From: an uncultured bacterium
GTDB taxonomy: Bacteria > Methylomirabilota > Methylomirabilia > Rokubacteriales > DASRDR01
Assembly (NCBI GenBank): GCA_964416315.1
Contig: CAYQDR010000006.1
Coordinates: 6,540-70,539 of the forward strand
Length of the DNA stretch: 64,000 nucleotides
Direction: 5' to 3'
Part shown: piece after piece, positions 37,297 to 47,058 of the stretch
Layout of the letters: each line of letters begins with the position of its first letter
Position numbering within the stretch: the first letter of the stretch is position 1
Notes under the pieces: generated by a model
Told to the model about the DNA's origin: nothing
The model's database searches: none
What the model saw: the letters and a program-made list of their open reading frames with translations, nothing else
Position numbers and translations under genes: made by a program

Positions 37297-38778
37297 TCAG
37301 GCCGTGACGCCGGCGCCCGGGAGCGGCTCCGTCGGCCCGGCCGGCGCCTTCCGCTTCCGCATGAACCGGTAGAACTCGACGGTCTCCCGCAGGCGCCGCC
37401 GCATGACCGCGGGGTCGCGGAGCATGCCGCCCACCATCGCGACGATCTTCCGCGGCCGGAGGTAGAAGCGGCGGTAGAACTCCTCGACGGAGCCGAAGAT
37501 CGTCGTGTGGGAGAGGCCGGGGTAGCTCAGCGCCGCCACCTGGACCCCGTGGCTGTCCACCAGCTCCCCGCTCCGGACCGCGAGCCACCCCGCGCTCTGC
37601 GCCTGGCGGTGGAGCTCGGTCCCGGGGTACGGCGCCGCGAGCGAGACCTGGATCGTGTCCGGCTCGATCTCGCAGGCGAAGCGGATGGTCTCCCGGATCG
37701 TCTCCGGAGTCTCGCCGGGGAGGCCGAGGATGAACGTCCCATGGATCGTGATCCCGAGCGCCTTCGCGTGCTTCGTGAACTCGCGGGCGACGTCGAGCCG
37801 CATGCCCTTCTTGATGTTGTTGAGGATCGTCTGGTTCCCGGACTCGTACCCGACCAGGAGGAGGCGGAGACCGTTGTCCCGCAGGACCTCGAGCGTCTTT
37901 CGGGGGACGTTCGCCTTGGCGTTGCACGACCACGTGAGCCCGAGTCGCCCGAGCCGCCGCGCGATCGCCTCCGCCCGCGGGAGGTCGTCCGTGAAGGTGT
38001 CGTCGTCGAAGAAGAACTCCCTCGCCTGGGGGAAGTAGGCCCTGGCCCGGGCCATCTCCGCCTCCACGCTCTCGGGACTGCGCACGCGGTACCGGTGCCC
38101 GCCGATCGTCTGGGGCCAGAGGCAGAAGGTGCACTTCGACCGGCAGCCCCGCCCGGTATAGAGCGAGACGTAGGGGTGGAGGAGGTACCCGATGAAGTAG
38201 TTCTCGATCGTGAGGTCGCGCTTGTAGACGTCCACCACGAACGGGAGCGCGTCCATGTCCTCGATCGGCGGGCGCGGGGGCGTGAAGCGGATCCGGCCGT
38301 TGTCCCGGTAGGCGAGCCCGGGCACCTCACGGAGCGGCGTCCCCGCCGCGACCTCGGCGCACGCGTAGTCGAACTCGCCGACCGCGACCCAGTCCACGGC
38401 CGGCGCCGCGGCCAGCGACTCGCGCGGCAGGACGCCGACGTGGGCGCCGACCAGCCCGATCTGGAGCCGCGGGTTCTCCGCCTTCAGGCGCTCGGCCACG
38501 CGCGCGTCGTTCGCGAACGACGGCGTGCTCGTGTGGAGCACGGCCAGGTCGTACTCCCGGGCCAGGGGCGCCACCCCGGCGACGCCGAGGCCCTCGGGCG
38601 GCGCGTCCACGAGCCGGCTCCCCGGCACGAGAGCGGCCGGCTGGGCCAGCCACGTCGGGTACCAGAACGAGCGGATCTCGCGACGCGCCTGGTAGCGCGA
38701 GCCCGCGCCGCCGTCGAACCCCTCGAACGACGGCGGGTGCAGGAACAGCGTCCGCAGCGCGGCCGTGTCGGGGTTCAC
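37297..38778 (-). CDS. B12-binding radical SAM protein, HpnJ-like
   Basis: N-terminal LFLHPPSFEGFDGGAGSRYQARREIRSFWYPTWLAQPAAL signature, radical SAM CxxxCxxC (GRGCRSKCTFC); GTG start in GTGA overlap. Confidence 0.7.
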   Translation of the reverse strand: MNPDTAALRTLFLHPPSFEGFDGGAGSRYQARREIRSFWYPTWLAQPAALVPGSRLVDAPPEGLGVAGVAPLAREYDLAVLHTSTPSFANDARVAERLKAENPRLQIGLVGAHVGVLPRESLAAAPAVDWVAVGEFDYACAEVAAGTPLREVPGLAYRDNGRIRFTPPRPPIEDMDALPFVVDVYKRDLTIENYFIGYLLHPYVSLYTGRGCRSKCTFCLWPQTIGGHRYRVRSPESVEAEMARARAYFPQAREFFFDDDTFTDDLPRAEAIARRLGRLGLTWSCNAKANVPRKTLEVLRDNGLRLLLVGYESGNQTILNNIKKGMRLDVAREFTKHAKALGITIHGTFILGLPGETPETIRETIRFACEIEPDTIQVSLAAPYPGTELHRQAQSAGWLAVRSGELVDSHGVQVAALSYPGLSHTTIFGSVEEFYRRFYLRPRKIVAMVGGMLRDPAVMRRRLRETVEFYRFMRKRKAPAGPTEPLPGAGVTA

Positions 38779-39791
38779 CGGCGCCACTCCGCGGGGGGCG
38801 CGACGGCGGCGTGGAGCGCCGGTCCCCGGCGAGCCGAGAGGCACCCGAGCGCCACCATCCCGAGCCCCGCGTAGGTGAGCTCGCGGATGCGACGGACCAC
38901 CCCGACCGTGAGCCCGCGCGCCGGGTTGAGCCCGAGGGCAGCGAAGAGGACGACCTTCCCGCCCTCCTGCGTCCCGAGCTTGGCGGGGACGAAGAAGAGC
39001 ACCCCGTCGATGAAGGCGGAGCCCGTCTCCACGGCCAGGGCCGTCTGCCAGTCCACCGGCCCCCCGAGCCACGTCAGGATCAGGTAGATCTCGGCCGCGC
39101 CCACGGTCCAGCCCCCGAGGAAGCACGCGAGCGACCCGGTGAGGCGCCACCCGCCGAGCCGGCCGAGAGCGGCGTCGAGATCCTGGCCCGGCCCCGCCCA
39201 CGATCCCGGCAGCCAGTGCCGGAGGCCGATCCCGCGCACGACGGTCGTGAACGTCCGCCAGATGCCCCGGCTCAAGAGCCACGCGAACGCGACCGACACG
39301 CCCGTCGCGACGCTGCCGGCCAGGACCCACGTGACCCACGGCGCGGTGTGGGTCAGCCGGGGGAGCACGAGCGCGAGCCCCAGGAGGACGAAGACCGCCT
39401 GGGCCACCGTCTGGCCGATCTTCGCGACACTCACCGACGCCCAACGGACGCCGAGCGGCATCCCGCCGCCGAGGAGGCGGATGCGGAGGAGCTCGCCGCC
39501 CACCGACCCCGAGGGCGTCAGATAGTTCACGCCGTCGCCGGCGAGACGGACGGCGAACAGCCGCCCCGGTCGGATCGTCCGCTCGCCCGCCGGGAAGGCC
39601 AGCAGCCAGCCCGACGTGTTGCAGGTGACCGCGAGGCTCTCCACCGTGAGGATCAGCAGAAGCCCCCAGCCCAGGACCCCAAGATCCCGCACCAGGGTCT
39701 CGACGCCCACGTGCCAGACGATGCCCGTGAGGAGCCCGAGCCCCAGGCCCAGGCACGCCAGCTCGATCCAGCGCGCCCTGACCCAGCTCAC
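38775..39791 (-). CDS. lysylphosphatidylglycerol-synthase-like (UPF0104) membrane protein, HpnL-like
   Basis: polytopic membrane protein family-like; GTGA overlap with upstream gene. Confidence 0.6.
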   Translation of the reverse strand: MSWVRARWIELACLGLGLGLLTGIVWHVGVETLVRDLGVLGWGLLLILTVESLAVTCNTSGWLLAFPAGERTIRPGRLFAVRLAGDGVNYLTPSGSVGGELLRIRLLGGGMPLGVRWASVSVAKIGQTVAQAVFVLLGLALVLPRLTHTAPWVTWVLAGSVATGVSVAFAWLLSRGIWRTFTTVVRGIGLRHWLPGSWAGPGQDLDAALGRLGGWRLTGSLACFLGGWTVGAAEIYLILTWLGGPVDWQTALAVETGSAFIDGVLFFVPAKLGTQEGGKVVLFAALGLNPARGLTVGVVRRIRELTYAGLGMVALGCLSARRGPALHAAVAPPAEWRR

Positions 39792-40963
39792 GGCGAGACC
39801 ATCGACCCGCGCGGCGCCACGCGCCGGTATCCCCGGTAGACGAGCAGCCCGGCGACGAAAGCCCACGAGCCGACGGCCGCCGCATAGAGGAACCACTCGA
39901 GGTGACCCAAGAGCGCGAGGACGAGGAGGAGGTAGGTGTAGTCGCGGCTCGCGACTTTCTCGACGACGACGGCGGCGGGCGCCCCGCGGAGGCTCTCCGC
40001 ATCACCGCTCCAGTGGAGGTCCCCGCCCCGCTGGAGCGCCGGGCGGACGAAGAGCGCGTGCATCGTCGCCATGGCCGTCGCCACGCCGAGGACGAGCCCG
40101 ACGACCGCCCAGACCCCCACCGCGGGGAGTCCCTCCCGTGTGAGCCCGATCCCGAGACCGGCGAACGTCGCCGTGTGGACGACGTAGTCGCCGATCACGT
40201 CGAGGCGGGCGCCCGCCGGGCTTTCCTCGAACCGGGCGCGCGCGACCTCCCCGTCCACGCAGTCGAGGACGATCGAGCCGACGAGCGCGAGGAGCCCGGC
40301 CACGCGCAACGGGTAGGACACCGTGGCGAGCCCCGCCGCCCCGAGGAGCCCGACGAGGACGCTCGCGAGCGTGATCTGGCTCGGCGTGACGGGCCGGGCG
40401 AGAAGGAGCCGCGTCAGGGGGCGCGCCAGCCGGCGGTCGATCAGGGTCGCGAAGAAGCTGTCGGTGCCCGCCGTCCGGCGAGCCAGGTGGTCGAGGAGCC
40501 CGCGCTCGAGGGCCCCTCGCGGGTGGGCCACGTCGAGGGGCACGAAGAGGCCGTCGCCGCGCGACGGCTCGGTCGCCCCCGCGCTCCGCAACGCCTCGGC
40601 GAGCCCCACGCCGGCGTCGAGGTCTGCGAGGAGCCGCGGTAATGCGCTCCCGGGGCATCGCGGGGCGCGGGCCGCGCCCTCGGCATCGACGAGGACGTCG
40701 CCCGCGATCACGAGCACGAGGTCGAGGCCGACCAGCCCGGCGGTGTCGCCCGGGCCCGTGAGCCAGCGGAGGCCGCGGGCATCCCGCCGCCGCTCGAGCG
40801 CCGCGCGGAGTCGCGACACGTGGGCCCCGGCCAGGACCGTCACCTCCGCGACGCCCGCGGCCCGAAGCGCCAGGATCCCGCGGACGGCGAGCGGCACCCC
40901 GCCGACCACCTCGAGCGCTCCCGGCATCGTGGCGACGACGAGGGCTCCCCTGGCCAATGCCAT
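39788..40963 (-). CDS. bifunctional nucleotidyltransferase / CDP-alcohol phosphatidyltransferase (IPCT/DIPPS-like architecture)
   Basis: N-terminal NTP-transferase-like GALVVATMPG..., C-terminal membrane domain with CDP-OH-P-transferase motif DCVDGEVAR. Confidence 0.65.
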   Translation of the reverse strand: MALARGALVVATMPGALEVVGGVPLAVRGILALRAAGVAEVTVLAGAHVSRLRAALERRRDARGLRWLTGPGDTAGLVGLDLVLVIAGDVLVDAEGAARAPRCPGSALPRLLADLDAGVGLAEALRSAGATEPSRGDGLFVPLDVAHPRGALERGLLDHLARRTAGTDSFFATLIDRRLARPLTRLLLARPVTPSQITLASVLVGLLGAAGLATVSYPLRVAGLLALVGSIVLDCVDGEVARARFEESPAGARLDVIGDYVVHTATFAGLGIGLTREGLPAVGVWAVVGLVLGVATAMATMHALFVRPALQRGGDLHWSGDAESLRGAPAAVVVEKVASRDYTYLLLVLALLGHLEWFLYAAAVGSWAFVAGLLVYRGYRRVAPRGSMVSP

Positions 40964-41515
40964 GAATCAGTCCTTTCCCGACGGCCGGTTACGGCCAGCC
41001 GCCCGAAACATGCAGGCAGGGTACCAGACCCGAGGGGCTCTGTCACGCCGCGCGAGAGGGGGACCGTCCGGCGCAGACCCAGCCGGTCGAGTGCGCTATC
41101 TCGTGCCGGTCACCTCCCGCGTTGGGTTGCGCGAGCGTCCCTGGCGGGCACCACGAAGCCCCGAACGCCGTGGGGAAAGGCTGGGGAAAAAGCGGGCTCT
41201 CCGGAAATCGTGTGGGTTCGACGAGCTGGACTGGCCGACGCTCCACTCGCTGCAGCCCCCGGAGGCCCGAAGGAGGCCGGCGCGGTCCGCTCAGGGCCCC
41301 CGGCCGCATTTTTCGCTTGACAGGATTTTGCATGGGGGGTGTGACCGCGGTCGCGGTGTCGACTGCCAGGCCCGGCCAGCGGCGCGCCTCGGTCCGGTGC
41401 GCCGTGCGTGGCCCGCGCCGACCCGAAAACGATTCCCGCCCTCCCGATCTCCCGTCCTGGGGCCTCCCCGGGCGCCCGAGACTCGCATGGTAGAGTCCGC
41501 GCAAGGAGGTCGCGC

Positions 41516-42874
41516 ATGCACCAGACCACGACTCCCCCGCCATCCCCCGCCCCGGCGGACCTCGACCGGCTCGGCGACGAGATCGCCGCGCTCGCGGCCC
41601 ACCTCGACGCCGCCACCGCGCGGCTGCTGACCCTGCTCCGCGAGTTTGACGCCCGGGGCGGCTGGGCCCAACAGGGCTGCCGCTCCTGCGCCGAGTGGCT
41701 CAGCTGGCGGGCCGGGCTCGACCCCGGGGCGGCGCGGGAGCGGGTGCGGGTGGCCCGGGCGCTGGGCGCCCTGCCGGAGCTCGCCGGGGCCCTGGCCCGG
41801 GGGGAGCTGTCCTACTCGAAGGTCCGCGCCCTGACGCGGGTGGCCACCCCGGAGACGGAAGCGCGCCTCCTGGCCGTGGGGCGGGCGGCGACGGCGGCGC
41901 ACGTGGAGCGCATCGTGCGGGCGTGGCGGCGGGTGGACCGGCTGGCGGAGGCGCAAGAGGCCCAGGCGCGCCACGCGCGGCGGTCGCTCCAGGTGTATCC
42001 AGACGCAGACGGGATGGTGGTCGTGCGGGGACGGCTGGAGCCCGAGGTCGGGGCACTGCTCGTGCGCGCGCTCGAGGCGGGGCGCGAGGCCCTGTACCAG
42101 CAGCGGCGAGCCACGGCGGTACCGGACCAGCCCGAGGCGGACCCGCCGACCCCCGGCCAGCAGCAGGCCGACGCCCTCGCGCTGGTGGCGCAGACGGCGC
42201 TTCAGCACGGCCTCGACCCCGGCCCGGGGTGCGAGCGGTACCAGGTGGTCGTCCACGTAGACGCCGCGGCGCTGGCCGACCCGGCCCAGCCGGGCCCGGC
42301 CGCGCTCGAGGACGGCGTCGGCGTTTCCCCGGAAACGGTCCGCCGCCTGGCCTGTGACGCGACCCGGGTCGTCCTGCGCCACGCGGGAGACGGGGAGGTC
42401 CTCGACGTCGGGCGGCGGACGCGGGCGATCCCGCCGGCGCTCCGCCGGGCCCTCCAGGCCCGGGACCGAGGGTGCCGCTTCCCGGGCTGTGGGGTCCGCC
42501 ACGCGCAGGGCCACCACATCCATCACTGGGCCAACGGCGGCCCGACCCGGCTCGAGAACCTCGCACTCCTCTGCCGGCGCCATCACCGGGCGGTCCACGA
42601 GGAGGGCTACCAGGTCGAACGCGGCGCTGACGGCACCCTCCGCTTCAGCCGGCCGGACGGGCGGCCGATTCCCGAGGTGCCGCGGGCGCCGGCGGTGCCG
42701 CGCGACCCGACCGGCGCGCTGGTCGCGGCCCATCGGGCGCACGGCCTGGTGATCGACGCGCGGACGGGGTGCCCGAGCTGGCTCGGCGAGCGCCTCGACC
42801 TGGACTGGGCGATCGGGGTCCTGCATCCCGCCGCCCAAGCGATCGCGTTCCGACCCGCCGGCCGCTCGCCCTGA
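41516..42874 (+). CDS. HNH endonuclease, DUF222 (13E12-repeat) family
   Basis: DUF222 N-terminal region and C-terminal HNH motif CRFPGCGVRHAQGHHIHHWANGGPTRLENLALLCRRHHRAVH; TAGAGT -10 and GGAGG SD upstream. Confidence 0.8.
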   Translation: MHQTTTPPPSPAPADLDRLGDEIAALAAHLDAATARLLTLLREFDARGGWAQQGCRSCAEWLSWRAGLDPGAARERVRVARALGALPELAGALARGELSYSKVRALTRVATPETEARLLAVGRAATAAHVERIVRAWRRVDRLAEAQEAQARHARRSLQVYPDADGMVVVRGRLEPEVGALLVRALEAGREALYQQRRATAVPDQPEADPPTPGQQQADALALVAQTALQHGLDPGPGCERYQVVVHVDAAALADPAQPGPAALEDGVGVSPETVRRLACDATRVVLRHAGDGEVLDVGRRTRAIPPALRRALQARDRGCRFPGCGVRHAQGHHIHHWANGGPTRLENLALLCRRHHRAVHEEGYQVERGADGTLRFSRPDGRPIPEVPRAPAVPRDPTGALVAAHRAHGLVIDARTGCPSWLGERLDLDWAIGVLHPAAQAIAFRPAGRSP

Positions 42875-43028
42875 GCACCCCGTCTCGGGGACCGCGTCGA
42901 GGGGTTCTCCCCGGCGATGGCCCCTGCCCTGGATGGCGCGTCAGCCGAACGCTTGTCCGGGAGCGCTCGAGGTTCCACCCAGCTCCGACCCTCGCCTCGG
43001 CGGGTCGGAGCAGAACTCGAGTTGCTGC

Positions 43029-43328
43029 TTATCCCACACGATTCCCAGAAGGGCGAAAAAGCGAGGAGACCGATCCACTCCCAGCATCAGGCCCCCTCTG
43101 ATCATAGATCGTTCCAGACCTCATGTTCCAGAAGTCCAGCGAGGGCTCGGAGAGGTTGCGCCGTCCCCGGCCCCCCAGGATGAACCCCTCCAGCTCGTCC
43201 TCATGGAGCCGCGCCACGACCGCGAACGGCTTCCCGCGCTTGGTCAACACGACCCGCTCGCCCCGCCCGACGGCCTCCAGAACCTCGCCGGTCCGGTTCC
43301 TCAGCTCGCGGACCCCGACGAACTTCAT
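43029..43328 (-). CDS. Phd/YefM-family antitoxin-like protein, apparently orphan (no toxin ORF downstream)
   Basis: MKFVGVRELRNRTGEVLEAVGRGERVVLTKRGKPFAVVARLHEDELEGF N-terminus typical of Phd/YefM. Confidence 0.55.
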   Translation of the reverse strand: MKFVGVRELRNRTGEVLEAVGRGERVVLTKRGKPFAVVARLHEDELEGFILGGRGRRNLSEPSLDFWNMRSGTIYDQRGPDAGSGSVSSLFRPSGNRVG

Positions 43329-43336
43329 CGCGTGCC

Positions 43337-43370
43337 CCCCATGTGGCTCCGATTGTATGCGCACATGGGG
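43337..43370 (-). promoter_or_regulatory. inverted repeat CCCCATGTG-N16-CACATGGGG enclosing a TACAAT -10 box upstream of the Phd-like gene (candidate autoregulatory operator/promoter)
   Basis: read directly. Confidence 0.4.
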
Positions 43371-43629
43371 CGCGCAGCCAGCTCCCGGCGGCCCGTCGGA
43401 GCCCGGCTGCCACCGGTCAGCCCGGCGTTCGGGAACCAGAGCCCCTCCACGACGCGATGACGAGTGCCCCTTCACTGCCCTCGTGCGTCTCCTTGCTCGG
43501 CCTAGGCCCCGGTCGGGGTCACGGGGAGACAGACTTCCGGAGGTCGCCGGAAGGGACCGGTGGCTGACCAACGCGGATTGCACTAAGTTGACCACGGCTT
43601 CCCGCGATTCGGGTAGAATTCTCGACAAG

Positions 43630-46629
43630 ATGAGCCACCTCCACCAGGTTCTCGCGGGTAAGGTGGACCAGTGGCGCAAGGGCGGTTACGCGTCCGACTA
43701 CCCCGCCATCGCGGAGATTTTCGAGTGGGCGAGTGACCCGGAGACGGGCGAGCTCAGATTCCTCAGGAGGCCACAGCTCAAGGCCCTGGAGACCTACTGG
43801 TACCTGAGACTCGTCGAGGGCACGCCGCACGTCTTTTCGCTCTACCAGAGGCTCTTTCCAAGCCCCCCGGAACTGCTCGACGCCCTGGGGCTCGGCACCG
43901 CGCAGATCCATCGGCTTGTGGCCGGCCAGCCGCTCGATTCCCTGTGGAAACGCATCAAGACCGACGACCGGTTCGTGCGGGACTTCAGGTTGGAGAGCGT
44001 CCGTGAGACGCTGACGCTGGACTACCCAAGCTACATCCTGGCCCTTGCCATGGGTGCAGGGAAGACCATCCTCATCGGGGCGATCTATGCGGCCGAGTTC
44101 GCGATGGCGCTGGAGTACCCGGACGGGCCCTTCGTCCAGAACGCCCTCGTGTTCGCTCCGGGCAAGACGATCATCGAGTCCCTGCGAGAGTTGGCTGCGA
44201 TCCCCTACGACCGGATCCTGCCTCCACGCCTTTACAAGCCGTTCGCGGCGTCCGTCAAGCTGACCTTTACCCGTGACGGGGAGAAGGACATTCCGGTAGT
44301 CCGGGGCAGCTTGTTCAACGTCGTGGTGACCAACACCGAGAAGATCCGAATCCAGAAGGAGACGATACGGCGGCGCGATCTGGGGGGGCTGCTGGGCGCC
44401 GGCCGCGAGGACGAGGCGCGGGCCGAGGTGGCGAACCTTCGCCTTCAGGCCATCGCGTCGTTGCCACACCTGGCCGTGTTCTCCGACGAGGCGCACCACA
44501 CCTACGGCCAGTCGCTAGAGACCGAGCTGAAGAAGGTCCGGAAGACCGTGGACTACCTGGCGGCCAACACGAAGGTCATCTGCGTCGTCAACACCACGGG
44601 CACGCCCTACTACCGCCGCCAGCCGCTGAAGGACGTCGTGATCTGGTACGGGCTCTCCGAGGGGATCCGGGACAACATCCTCAAGGACGTCTCCGGCAAC
44701 ATCCACGCCTTCGAGTTCGAGGGAAAGACCGACGCCTACGTGAGCCACGTCATCGAGGACTTCTTCCGGGACTACGGTGACGTCCGGCTCCCGAATGGTG
44801 CCCCGGGAAAGCTGGCGATCTATTTCCCGCAGACCGACGACCTGGAAGAGCTGCGTCCGGCCATCGACGCGGCGCTGGTGAGGGTCGGCCAGGCTCCCAC
44901 CGTCTCTCTGCGAAACACCACGGACTCCCCGAAGGAAGAGGTCGAGGCGTTCAACCGCCTGAACGATCCGGCGGTGCCGCACCGCGTGATCCTCCTCGTG
45001 AACAAGGGCACCGAGGGCTGGAACTGCCCGAGCCTCTTCGCGTGCGCGCTGGCCCGGCGACTCCGGAGCAGTAACAACTTCGTCCTCCAGGCCGCGACGC
45101 GATGTCTCCGCCAGGTTCCGGGCAACAAGATGAAGGCCCGCATCTACCTGTCCCGGGAGAACCGTGCGATCCTCGACCGCCAGCTCCAGGAGACGTACGG
45201 GGAAACGATTGCGGATCTCGACCGTACGACCCGGGAGATCGGGTCTGCTCGGCTGGTCCTCCGCAAGCTCGCCCCCCCGCCCATCCGGCTCACGCGTTCG
45301 GTTCGGTCGGTCGTTCCCGCTGCTGCAGGCGCGAGAATGCTGCGCCTGGAGCGACCCGGGACCGATGCGGCCGCGACGGCTCTCACCAAGGCAGTGTTCG
45401 ACATCGCTGCCAGGTCCGGCGTCAGGCGCCTGCTCCAGCAGGTCGGCGAGACGATCCAGATCGACACCGCGCCGGAGATCGTGGATCGCCATGAGGCCGC
45501 CGTCAGTCTGGCCGCGGCATTCCGCCTCGACGTGTGGGCCGTGTATGACGAGCTGGGGAGGCTGTACGCGGCGGCCGACGGAATCCCTGCCGCTCACCTC
45601 GAGGAGCTGGCACGCCAGCTGGCGGAGCAGACCCGACACTACGAGGTCCGCGAGGAGAGCGCCGAGTGGGTGCTGGCCCTCGTCAAACCCCACGGCTTCG
45701 TCAGAGCCACCGACGCCGAGGGACGCGAGGTTTACGCCGCGGACATCACCTATCCGAAAGACCGGGAACGGCTAATGCTCCACGCCAGGACGATCCGGGA
45801 GAACCCGGCCCGCTTCGGGTTCCACTACGACCCGTACAACTTCGACTCCGGGCTGGAGCTGGACTTCTTCCAGCAGGTGCTCGCGGAGCTGAACATCCGC
45901 CCGGCCGAGGTGGAGGACATCTATTTCACCGGCGGTCTCACCGACCCCGCCAAGACCGACCTGTTCGTGGAGTACCTGGGCGAGGACGGGCGCTCGCACC
46001 GCTACACCCCGGACTTCGTGATCCGCAAGCGCCCTCGCCAGGGCGGTCCGCCCGGATCAGGGCGCGTGCTGGTCGTGGAACTGAAGGACGATCGGTTCGA
46101 GGCTCAGACCTGCGAGGACGAGGGCCGGTTCGAGCGAGGGGAGCCGCCGTTGACCAACGAGGGCCGGAAGGCGATTGCCCTGAGAGGGCTCGAGCGCCTG
46201 AATCCCGACCGGCTGCGCTACGAGCTGATCTTTGCGAAGAGCGGGGTAACCTACGACCAGCTGGACGAGGTGCGGCGGTTCGTCCGAGAGCCCGAGGGCA
46301 TCTACGCGCACGACCTGGACGTCGCCCGAAAGCTCAAGGACTTGGTCCTTCGGGTTGACGGGAAGCGCATCCGGAAGATCATCCTGTTCGGCTCCCGGGC
46401 CCGCGGTGACGCGCGCCCCGACAGTGACTATGACCTGCTCGTCGTATTGCGCGACATCCCGCCGGACGAAAAGCGATCGTATCGACTGGCTCTCTACGAC
46501 GCGCTTCAGGGCACAGGCGCGGAGCCCTGGGTCATGGGCGAAGAGGAGTTCGAGGAGACCAAGAGCGTCATCGGTGGCCTGGCTCACCCAGCCTGGACCG
46601 AAGGGGTGCTTCTCTACGAGGACTCCTGA
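43630..46629 (+). CDS. Type III restriction Res-like protein: SF2 DEAH helicase + PD-(D/E)xK nuclease with C-terminal minimal nucleotidyltransferase (MNT) domain
   Basis: motif I LALAMGAGKT, motif II FSDEAHH, motif III TGTP, nuclease YTPDFVI...VLVVELKDD, MNT ILFGSRARGDARPDSDYDLLVV. Confidence 0.8.
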   Translation: MSHLHQVLAGKVDQWRKGGYASDYPAIAEIFEWASDPETGELRFLRRPQLKALETYWYLRLVEGTPHVFSLYQRLFPSPPELLDALGLGTAQIHRLVAGQPLDSLWKRIKTDDRFVRDFRLESVRETLTLDYPSYILALAMGAGKTILIGAIYAAEFAMALEYPDGPFVQNALVFAPGKTIIESLRELAAIPYDRILPPRLYKPFAASVKLTFTRDGEKDIPVVRGSLFNVVVTNTEKIRIQKETIRRRDLGGLLGAGREDEARAEVANLRLQAIASLPHLAVFSDEAHHTYGQSLETELKKVRKTVDYLAANTKVICVVNTTGTPYYRRQPLKDVVIWYGLSEGIRDNILKDVSGNIHAFEFEGKTDAYVSHVIEDFFRDYGDVRLPNGAPGKLAIYFPQTDDLEELRPAIDAALVRVGQAPTVSLRNTTDSPKEEVEAFNRLNDPAVPHRVILLVNKGTEGWNCPSLFACALARRLRSSNNFVLQAATRCLRQVPGNKMKARIYLSRENRAILDRQLQETYGETIADLDRTTREIGSARLVLRKLAPPPIRLTRSVRSVVPAAAGARMLRLERPGTDAAATALTKAVFDIAARSGVRRLLQQVGETIQIDTAPEIVDRHEAAVSLAAAFRLDVWAVYDELGRLYAAADGIPAAHLEELARQLAEQTRHYEVREESAEWVLALVKPHGFVRATDAEGREVYAADITYPKDRERLMLHARTIRENPARFGFHYDPYNFDSGLELDFFQQVLAELNIRPAEVEDIYFTGGLTDPAKTDLFVEYLGEDGRSHRYTPDFVIRKRPRQGGPPGSGRVLVVELKDDRFEAQTCEDEGRFERGEPPLTNEGRKAIALRGLERLNPDRLRYELIFAKSGVTYDQLDEVRRFVREPEGIYAHDLDVARKLKDLVLRVDGKRIRKIILFGSRARGDARPDSDYDLLVVLRDIPPDEKRSYRLALYDALQGTGAEPWVMGEEEFEETKSVIGGLAHPAWTEGVLLYEDS

Positions 46630-46639
46630 GCAGGTCCGA

Positions 46640-47044
46640 TGGGACTGGGTCAAGCTGTGGCTCGCCAAGGCGCGAGAGGATCTGTTTGCAGGCGAGGTGA
46701 TCCTCAACGCATCCATGCCCTCATATGATCTGGTCGGTTTTCATGCCCAGCAGGCGGCGGAGAAAGCATTGAAGGCGCTTCTCATCAGACACCAGGTGAA
46801 GTTCGGAAAGACTCACAATATGACAGAGCTCCTTCAACTCGCCGAGCCGATCGCTCCGGGCATCCGTCAGCAGTTGACCGATGCCACGGCACTCACCCCC
46901 TTCGCCGTGGATGTCCGATATCCCGGCGAGCCGCCCTTGGGCCAGGGCGAGGCGGCCCGCCACCTCGCGGCCGCCCGAAAAGCGCTGGACCATACTGGCG
47001 TGCTCCTGAAACCGTACCTCGACGCGGGCCGGCCCGGCGGGTAG
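46640..47044 (+). CDS. HEPN-domain protein (start unresolved: nearest ATG 46639 is 1 nt out of frame; alternative in-frame GTG 46574)
   Basis: WDWVKLWLAKAREDLFAGEVIL...FHAQQAAEKALKALL...VRYPGEP HEPN-like helices; partner of MNT domain. Confidence 0.55.
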   Translation, partial: WDWVKLWLAKAREDLFAGEVILNASMPSYDLVGFHAQQAAEKALKALLIRHQVKFGKTHNMTELLQLAEPIAPGIRQQLTDATALTPFAVDVRYPGEPPLGQGEAARHLAAARKALDHTGVLLKPYLDAGRPGG

Positions 47045-47058
47045 GATGAGGGTCGAGG

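Noticed and set aside
42933-43460. 175-aa plus-strand ORF overlapping the Phd-like gene
   Set aside because: Low-complexity translation antisense to a recognisable antitoxin gene with its own promoter/operator.
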